64,000 nucleotides of DNA from Phoronis australis (taxonomy: Eukaryota; Animalia; Phoronida), in assembly GCA_002633005.1 (NCBI GenBank), contig NMRA01000243.1, positions 461,718-525,717 of the forward strand, given 5' to 3'. Both the position numbers and the translations under genes were made by a program. Shown one piece after another: positions 55,170 through 64,000 of the stretch. The notes beneath the pieces are model-generated. The model saw only the letters and a list, made by a program, of their open reading frames with translations, searched no databases and was not told where the DNA came from. Positions within the stretch are counted from its first letter, which is position 1; every line of letters begins with the position of its first letter.

Positions 55170-57461
55170 GTACGTGCAATCTGTTACGAGCAGGAATCTG
55201 TTCACAAATTCCAAGAACTTTTATACGCCTACATATACATTATGTTGGTGTGTAGATCTAATATTTATCGCCTGGCGTTATGCGCAGACGGATCCGCCAA
55301 GTACCCGCTGGGGGCAATTTTGGTACTGTGCGCCTTCTATATCTTTTAGAAGTATCTGCCTGAGAAAATCAGACAAAGTGTGAACGTGACAAATCACAGT
55401 TTTTGGCATATGCTTAGTTTATATGCTTAAACAAGCGCAACAGTTTTTGTTGAAAAAGTTGACATTTGTTGGAGAGCTGGATCGTTATTTTTTCCATTTA
55501 TTAATCTTTTTGAAGTTATGGCCAACCTTTTGTGAAAGTACAGACTTGTTGGGCAGCTTCATAAGAAAGTTCCGGGGTCTTCGACTTTCCCTTGGAACAG
55601 ATTTGGCTAGAGGATGTAATGAGTTAGGCAGTCAACTAAATGGTAGACGGTCAGTACCATTTAGACACGTCACGTAACCTGTCTGTAAATAACTATTTAC
55701 AGACACGCCGGAGAAGGAAGTTACCATTTGGAACACAAGTTTGCCTAAATTTTGCAAATCCAAACATTGCCCGCCGTAGTTGTAATTGTGCTAAACGAAC
55801 ACAGAAAACTTCGGTTGATGTGCGAAACTCTCAATATGTTACAAACTTATGTCTTGGTGCCCGTGCCATAGTTAGTACCTATGTGCTGTTACGTGGATGT
55901 CATGATTTGAGAAAAGACGTCAAAAGTTGACGTACATGCCTAGTTTTATTTGTATGCTACTTGAAAACGAGGGTAGTCTTCGAGGGTTCGTTGTGGTGGA
56001 AGCGGACACAGACGAAGGACTTGTTTTCTAGAAATGTCCTTTTTTAATTACATTTTTCTTTAATTTGGGATTGCAAATTCGTGTAAAGGAAACTTGAACA
56101 AAACAGAGGATGAGTATGTTATAATCCAGGTATGACATTTTAAAACAATTGTGAAAATAGAATTTTCTAAATTTCTTTAAAACCCGCTGCTCACGAAAAA
56201 CGCGAGCGAAGCCAGCACACGTGAATAACACCGGTTTCTGACCAGTACCATTCGACGCTAACTTATGTTACCGTCCAAGATAAGGTTGCAGACGCAGTTG
56301 CCGTTGTTTCGACATGGGCAAATTTCAAAAGTCCGTAAATTCAAAATGCGATGTCGTTGGCACACTAAGAGGGTATGTACGGGTAACCCTCACCTATTGT
56401 TGCAGAGTTAGAACGTGAATTTCTTGCGGATCATTGTTTTTATTCATATCGTACCAAATCCGCCCTAATTATATCCAAGCGTCAAAGGCCAAATTCGACG
56501 CTTGTAGCAGAAATGGTAGAAACACGCATTCTTTGCGCAATTGAAGTGTCCCGATATTCACGAATGCGTGTAAACAGGTCTCACCAGAGGGCAGTTTTGG
56601 CTCGGCAGTCTGCTCATGGATGTTTTAGGACCACTTGATGAAGACCAAACTTGGCATAATTTTTTGGAATGGACTGGTACTATTAGACGACTTGAATTCT
56701 CATCGGTCCCTTAAAGTTACCATAGATATTAATTGCTTAATTGACGAGCACCTTAATTAGCTTACCGTTTGCGACAAGTCTATCATTGGCCGTTTTCAAC
56801 GCTGTGCGTTGCTCCTGTTGTAAACTTGCATTACTTTTGTTCTATGCAAGCATCTTTCTTGCATGCTCATTTCGTAGATTTTATGCTATCTAGTTTTAAG
56901 ACTTCGAAAACTTTGCAAATCGTATGTTGGCGAACATCAAATAGTTATTTTAGAACTCGCACGGTGAAATAAAGCTAGAGGCGAAACCGAAAACATGCCT
57001 ACGCTAAAAAGCGTTAGTGATCCCGGATGGTCTACGTATATTCTATTTAAGTTATTGTCAATTGGTGTTGTTTTGTAAATGCTCATGATAAATGTGGCTA
57101 TGATTGTTCAAGCAGATTGCACCGTAACCTGTCTACTGTGTCCTTTACCTCGTGTTGTTCCAACTTGTGTGAGTACATTAAACCTGTTCGTATTCTGTGA
57201 ACGTGCATGGGTTACAAGAAAAACGGCGGTAAAACCGTGTTCCGTTAAAGAAACTAACTTTTGCTTTAAAGCGCTAACCGTTATAAAATTGATTCCAACT
57301 CCGATGAGTGTTTTTTCGGCTTCCAGTCCCAGATATCACTCGTCTTATTGAATTACATAACAATTTGAGGCCAATTTCACAGCGGTGCATGGTCTAATTA
57401 AAAAAGTTAGCTTTTGTGACGGAAGGCTGGTACATAGCTGCTTCGAAATGTGTTCCTTTAA

Positions 57462-58577
57462 AGGCGAAGGCAACCTTTTTTCATGTCATTTTTAGCAAAA
57501 ATAGGGTTCGTTGATTATCCCAGACATATTTTTCACTTATAAACAACTTTTCGTAATTTGATTAATTACTCGTCGTCTACTCCGGAAGTGACGTTTTGGG
57601 AGGCAAGAATTTCGCGCCAATTTCTTTTCATACAGTCTGACAGTGAGAGCAGTCTAGTTAGTCATTGTTCTACCTCGGTTGTGATAAGTTCGGTCGTCGT
57701 TTGCTCTTGTTTACGAGTCAGTCAACATGCCACGCTGTTGCTGCCTACCGAGATGTACTCATTATCGTCTCACGTACAGAGGAAGAACTGTCCCACTTGC
57801 CCGAGTGTACCGCGACACACTCCCAGTGGATGCTGACTTGAGCACCCAAACTGCTTACAAAGTCCCGCCGTGCGACTCCCTCGTCACATACGTGGCATCT
57901 TCTAACTAGCTCCAATACAAGTCCACAAAAAACTTATCAAACTTAGGCTCAGCGATCTGTTCATTGGATGACGAACTATACTTTTAACTGGGTGTCAAAC
58001 TGGGCCTGTATTCACTCGGACTACTCAACATCGCTGCTGGGCTGCTTACAGGCTCTGAGCTAGAGACAACAGCACACGGGGAATCACTGCTAGTTCCTGG
58101 AATTGCACGCTATAGGGTACGTTCGGAGGCATGGATGACAGTAGATGAAGTGCCTCCAGTCACTGTTTATAGTGGCCATGAAAATGGTTGCCACTGCTTT
58201 GTACGTTGCGTGAGCGGGTAGCGCTGCGTTCTTCACACGAACGAGCTAGCCAAGTACGGCGAAGTGTGTCATCCTTTGGAAAGCGATGCAAGGTACCCAA
58301 AGCGCGTGTGAGACGATAATGAGTACATCATGGTACTCAGCAACAGCGTGGCATGTTGACTGACTCGTAAACAAAAGCAAACGACGACCGAACTTGACAG
58401 TTCTCACAGTCTGACTGTATGAAAAGAAATTGACGCGAAATTCTTGCCACCCAAAACGTCATTTCCGGAGTAGAGGACGAGAAATTAATTAAATTACGAA
58501 AAGCTGTAATTAAGTGAAAAATATGTCTGGGACCTTATTTTTGCTAAAAGTGACATGAAAAAAGGTTTCCTTCGCCT
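57462..58577 (-). mobile_element. Non-autonomous Kolobok-type DNA transposon, copy 2 (inverted, internally deleted)
   Basis: TTAA|AGGCGAAGG...CCTTCGCCT|TTAA with a perfect TSD. The interior is the reverse complement of copy 1 (THAP ATG at 58354) but lacks ~190 bp corresponding to ~29888-30075. Confidence 0.9.
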
Positions 58578-59786
58578 TTAAATCGTTAACAGTTGTATAG
58601 TAAGAGGTTTAGGACGCCGGTTTTTGCGGCTCCTCGGTCAAAGGCCATAATCCGCTAAGTAAGGTCACATAGGATGGATGCAATCGGAAGGGACGTCACA
58701 CCTCATGACGTAATAGGTTTAATTAGACCCGTTAGAGAGGCACCTCGATGCTTTCGTGGCACGTTTTGAGCTCCTCCCAACGGATTGAGAGTCGAAACAA
58801 AAGAGGGATTACGCTGCTGAATAAGAACAAAAGGCACCTGTTTTTGCGTGCGCCAAGTGTCGTCGTTGTATATTGTTCGCATTGATCAAAAACAAATGTC
58901 GTGTATATTGCGCTACAAAAGGGATAACCACCCAACTCAACAACAGATGTCGTGTAGAGTCTTACCCAGGTACCGACGGTACTAAACTAGTGATATTGAT
59001 TCAACGTGTATTCATGACATACACTACAAAAATCATCAACGTTTCTGTGGTCACAAATTCAAGTTTGAACCCTAGTTTAGGTTATAAACATAAAGAACGG
59101 TTAACGTTTCTTCACCCTTCACAAATTTGAGCAAGTTTTGTTGATCGGTTGCTATGAGATTGATGTTGTTTTCAAATTCCTATGCTTACAGACCAACCTG
59201 CTTTCTAGTAAGCTCTGCTGGAATTTGAATGTGTGTGCGACAACAATTTTCATAGAAGCGAATGCAAAATTAAAAGCACGCACGTCCCATGGGCGTGCAA
59301 ATTGGAAGAAGCTCCAATCCCCAGCTGTTGATTAGATAAAAACCCTGCAACTGCAACTGAATAGAGGAAATATGCTTCTGCTAGTCACATTCCTGCATTT
59401 CTTCGCTTTCTACTGAAGCTGGTCCACAGGTTGTACTTGAAACTCGCATTTTTTCCAGTCCCGAAGAAATATTGGTGGCGTAATTTTGATAATCGAGTGG
59501 ATTATCTGCAACTAGTAATCTGATTTGTTTGTGCAAGTGAACGCTTTTCTTTATTTGTTCTATACCTATACCTTTACTCATTAGCCTAAAATCAGAGAAA
59601 AGCTTGAATTGTCCATCCATTTTATTTAAGCACACTCACTGGCTAAAATTCAGCTCACGGCAGAAAAGTGGTGGCTTTGGGAAATACATGGATATGCAGC
59701 GTACGTATTTTATACTATCTAAAAAACAAAAAGAAAAACGAAAAGCGCTCAGCACGGAGCTTATACATTAGTCCATTGGGCTCTAC

Positions 59787-60680
59787 CTATTCATATTCGG
59801 CGGCAATGCAGCACAACATTCTTTGCCATCGTGGAACGACACTGTGTCCTTTGGTAGAAGGGCTTGCGGAGACTTTGGTAGGGCGGCCATTTTTTCCGAA
59901 AGTCGTCTTCAATTTCTTGAAGAAACCCTGTTTAACATTTTGTGCATCATTAGAGGAAGCGGAGGTGGTGGTGGTGGTGTTCTCTGAAACGTCAAGGCTG
60001 ACTGCATCAGAAGATGTCGCTTTGTTGGGCAATTCTGCGACACCATATGGGTTGCCGTCATCCTCACGAATGTATACAACGTCACCTGATTTGTCGGTGC
60101 GAGATTTCGTAATCACGATGTCCTCGGCATCGCGTTGAGGGCTCCAGAAGCTTCAAATTGCACTCTGGAATAAGGCCGCGGGACCACTGGGCTTGACGTT
60201 TTCCAGAAGCCGACCGTGAACGATGTCTGGTCTGTAAGGAATTGGAGATCTAACGATGGTCTCTTCGACATCATCGGTTTTCTCTACCTGAGTTTTCTCT
60301 GGCTTGTTAGCACTGCATGTAGCCGACATTGGATCTTTTCTCTCCAGTAATTGGGGCTCTGCGGTTTCACATGCGTTGTTCAGCTCGATTTTTGTCGCCT
60401 GTTTCGTCTCGCATTCTATGAAATACTCGATGGGGGCTGTTTGCTTGTGGGTTATGCGGTTTGCCTCAGATTTTCGGCATAACAACTCATCCTGATAGCA
60501 ACGCAAGTCATTTATGTAGCCATCGTAGATTTCTTTTACTCCAATATCAGGCTCCGCTTCATGGAGGGCGATAGCAGCGTCCAATACTTCGGCCAACCAT
60601 TTTTCATCGTCGATGTTTGTGCAATGGTCTGCGTTACCGAACATGAAGCTCCACACAAAAGATACTATTTTATCAGTCAT
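59787..60680 (-). pseudogene. Intronless ~297-codon cargo ORF of unknown function with one in-frame TGA
   Basis: Track ORFs 60153-60719 and 59787-60116 share one frame and are separated only by the TGA at 60153-60155. First ATG (MTDKIV) at 60680; protein-like composition. Confidence 0.6.
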
Positions 60681-61083
60681 TCTCAATGCAGATTGAGAAA
60701 TACAACTAACACACCACACTCAATATAATGTCATAGCTTCGAGAAAATTTCTAATTTCCATCCGGTAGCCATTTGTAGGTCCATTATACAAATGATTAAT
60801 GATTACGTACCATGTACGCCAACAATAGCACGACGTCACAAATCAAAGACGTCATTGATGCCGAAAAAGTCTCAAAGTTTGCTAACTTTTTGTACGACAG
60901 TTACATGTACCTTGAGAAGATTATAACTTTTCAAATGCGACTTGTTCGTTATGAAAATTGGTGTTATTTTGTCGACCAGCAGTTGTTGGGCAATTTTCTC
61001 AGTTTTTATTAGTAAATTTCAACCAACTATTTACCTTTAAACATGCATAATCTCATTAAATTGCAAATGAAGGACTAATTTGG

Positions 61084-61720
61084 CTCGTCAACTACATTGG
61101 GGACGGAACCTGCGAATTGGAGATGAAAAAGAAGACCATCCGCCTGAACCTGCCGCTTCAAATAGGCTTTTTCGTTTATCAGTACGCAAAGTTGCGCATG
61201 TTGGAGTTTTACTACGACTTCATGTCGTCGACAGATCCAATTTCGAATATTGCGAGATGGACACAGACAGTACATGGCTATATCCGGTAACTGTCTAAAG
61301 GACGTGATTAAACCAGACATGCGAGTAGCTTTTGAGAGGGAAAAACATCTTTGGTTTCCGCGAACGGACACGGAAGAAAACGACGCCTACGACGCGCACA
61401 CGCCCGGCTTATTGAAACTGGAATTTGAAGGGGACTACTGCATCGCGCTTTGCTCTAAAACGTATTACGTGGGGGCGGACGACGGTAAATCTCATTTTAG
61501 CTGTAAAGAAGTACAAATACAGAGGAATGAAATCGACAAGGCGCGGTATCTCAAAGTGTTACAGACCACGAAGAGTAGCTTGACCCTCAACAAAGGATTT
61601 CGGTTAGGAGGCGATAACACTATGTATACCTACCTGCAAGAGAGGTGCGCGTTCGCCTACTTTTATCCCAAACGACAATTATTCGACGACAGTGTCACCA
61701 CTGGACCTTTGAACATTTAA
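61084..61720 (+). pseudogene. C-terminal part of a protein-primed family B DNA polymerase (Polinton/Maverick pPolB), two frameshifts
   Basis: KKTIRLNLPLQIGFFVYQYAKLRMLEFYYDF / VDRSNFEYCEMDTDS / YMAISG...TPGLLKLEFEG...LCSKTYY...NKGFR...YFYPKR...TTGPLNI*. These are the DTDS and KxY motifs and the C-terminus typical of Polinton pPolB. Confidence 0.9.
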
Positions 61721-63440
61721 TTCGGGACATTCAATAGTTTGCTACTAATAATTTACTACTTTTACGGGATTTTTGTTGTGCATTCGAATTTACTTTGTCA
61801 TGAATACACGTTGAAACAATATCATTTTTATGTTCTATTTTAGGTGGTCACATCTTAATATTAATAATAGTAGTTTAGTATCGTCGGTACCTGGGCTAGA
61901 CTTTACGCGACATCTGTTGTTGAGTTGGGTGGTTATCCCCTTTTGTATCGGAATATACATGACATTTGTTTTTGATAAATGGGAACAATATCCGACGACG
62001 ACACTCTGCGCACGCGAAATAAGGTACCTTTTGTTCTTATTCAGCAGCGTATTATCCCTCTATCATTTCGGCTCTCAATCCGTTACGAGGAGCCGCAAAA
62101 ACATTCCACGAAAGCATCGAGGTGCATCTCTAACGGATCTAATTAAAGCTGTTACGTCACGAAGTGTGACGTCATTGACACATCCGTCCGGTAGGCGGAT
62201 GGTGTACCTTCCGATTGCAGTTATCAAACGTGACCTTTGATCTTTCCTCTCGGATTGATGACCTTTGACCCAGAACCCGCAAAAAGGGCGTCCTGAATGA
62301 CTTACTATACTACTAATACTGTTAATATTTTCAATGCCAGACAGTTACTCGAAGAGCTAAAACAATGTCAGTGTCATATAAGAATGTTCAGCATGACGTC
62401 ATTTCGACGTTTTGGACCCAGTGTGACGGCATGTCTATTCTTACTTCCGGGTCCAAACTGCGTCATCTACTGCTATGACATTTCATGACTAAACATCTGA
62501 ATATCCCGTTTTTAGGATGTCATCCAAAACTGGTTATGTCAGGTTCTGTTGTAAAACTGGCACATTGCCCGAGTACTTTTCATTTTTTTCACGAAGTAGA
62601 TCATTGATTCGAAGTGGTCTGTAATTACCTCAAAACTGATTCACCCAAAGCGTTAAGCACGCTTTCTGGTTCAGCAGACTTTGTAAGCTGTTGACATGCT
62701 TGTTCCAAACATATGAAGGTTGACGAAGGCTATAAAGATATAGTGGTAATTAATAACTATTCTTAGGCTAGCACATGTTTAGGGTATACTCTCAGGGTTT
62801 AAAATTAACAAAATTGCTATTTTGGAAGTTAAATACATGAGCGCAACAAATATGTTCTACAAATAGAAACTCGTAGCTTTTGTGATGACATCATTCCCAG
62901 ACAGCCAACAGCTCGGAGGAGAAACTGAAAGCTGACATTACGTGTACGGGGGTTCCTTCGTCTCTATACAGAGTATTAGACGGCGATGACCAAAAGTGGG
63001 CACATCTAGGACGTAATTGGTTTTGTGTATTGGATTTTTGGGATTGACATAATCCTTTGTCTTGGCGTGATGTCATCAGACGGATCGGAAAGGTCCAAGG
63101 AAACAGCCCTAAGCGAGTTTCGATATCAAAATATTCGAAATAGTTCACTTACCTCTATAAAACTGGTTTTCATTAGTTGTGTAAGAAGTGAATTTTGACT
63201 CCTTGGCAACTTATAACAAATCGTTGTTATTGGTAAAGACTGTACTCGTCGGTGCTCCTAATTTTTGCGGGATCGTAAGTTATAGCTTAGCTCAAAAAGG
63301 TTACCTGGCACCGCTCGTAATACTGGACATATATTGCATTTTGGCTAATCAATGATAGCGGTGAAGTTGAGTATGTAGGTGTACTTGATATCATTTAAAA
63401 TTCGCTCTGCATGAAATGCTATATATCATGTTTTTTCCAG

Positions 63441-64000
63441 ATTTACAGATAGCGATTTCCATTGTCTCAAAATGACAAAAATTGATCGTGCAATCGCCGA
63501 TGTTGGAGTTTTTCGACAGAGTACTATGCCTGCGTCCTACGGCATGGCTTATCCAGATGATTCTAATGACGTCGGACCTATTATGGCCAATCACCTGCTA
63601 TCTAACACAAATGAACATGAAACTGGTCGCCATATTGGGCCGACAGAGGATGCTGCCCCTAGCTCTAGAAGGCAGTCACAAGTAAGTGTTGAAGTTCATC
63701 ACAGGCCGCCGTCGGAAAGCTTGGGTGACTCATGGAATTTCAGCCGTACTAGTTACACGCATAACAGTCATTCGAAGAGCGTAGAAATCTCAAGTACTTT
63801 TGGAGCCAGATGGAAACCAGAGAGAAAGGTTCGGAGTTGCGAAGGTGTTTTGTATGATGACAGTACGAGCTCACAGTGCGATTCATTTGGAAGCAGCAAA
63901 ACGTATATTTGTCGTTCAGAATTCGACTACGGCGAAGCATCGCCGGAGGTAAGTCGGAAGGTGCGTTATAGTGACAGAGAGTGCGTAGAGGACGAAACAA
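63441..64000 (+). CDS. Host gene: large exon running off the window (FTDSDFHCLKMTKIDRAIADVGVFRQSTMPASYG...DRECVEDET)
   Basis: Acceptor gttttttccag|; 186 codons with no stop in phase 2. It is absent from the ORF track, probably because no stop is reached. An earlier donor (e.g. GAG|gtaagt at 63949) cannot be excluded. Confidence 0.8.

Larger units (their letters stand above)
58591..62320 (+). mobile_element. Miniature non-autonomous Polinton/Maverick-type element
   Basis: Left end AGTTGTATAGTAAG and right end CTTACTATACTACTAATACT; long TIRs at 58591-59019 and 61796-62320; 6-bp TSD GTTAAC/GTTAAT; pPolB remnant inside. Confidence 0.85.

Noticed and set aside
54927-55214. Minus-strand poly-Cys ORF
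   Set aside because: Antisense shadow of the CAG/CAA polyQ exon.
59668-60138. 156-aa plus-strand ORF
   Set aside because: Most likely the antisense shadow of the minus-strand cargo ORF.
61830-62240. 136-aa ORF, with a mirror ORF at 58732-58935
   Set aside because: It lies in the Polinton TIR, and the frame is not maintained between the two arms.
62891-63155. Extra exon or antisense exon before the last host exon
   Set aside because: The phase-2 reading after the cccag acceptor hits a stop within nine codons, and the minus-strand donor-like site has no other support.

Overview
Eukaryotic, repeat-rich, invertebrate-like genomic DNA. The organism cannot be fixed from this window, and most ORFs in the supplied track are chance or microsatellite artefacts. 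All calls come from reading the sequence by eye; no database search was run. (1) A spliced + strand host gene can be rebuilt from phase-compatible GT-AG exons: alternative first coding exons at 26422-26442 or 34324-34386, then 44633-44760 (transmembrane), 51160-51327, 52186-52268, 54947-55169 (polyQ) and 63441->64000 (open to the window end). It encodes a single-pass membrane protein with no signal peptide and a long low-complexity tail carrying six RRx[S/T] motifs. (2) One intron holds a 3.7-kb miniature Polinton/Maverick-type element (58591-62320). It has AGT...ACT termini, 430-525-bp TIRs, a 6-bp TSD, a frameshifted protein-primed PolB C-terminus and an unrecognised ~297-codon intronless cargo ORF. 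(3) Two oppositely oriented Kolobok-type THAP elements (29457-30797, 57462-58577) have ~310-bp TIRs that each contain the transposase start codon. (4) The rest is decayed LINEs, a tRNA-derived SINE, an IS3EU-like element, hAT/Tc1/Harbinger-like MITEs and micro/minisatellites.
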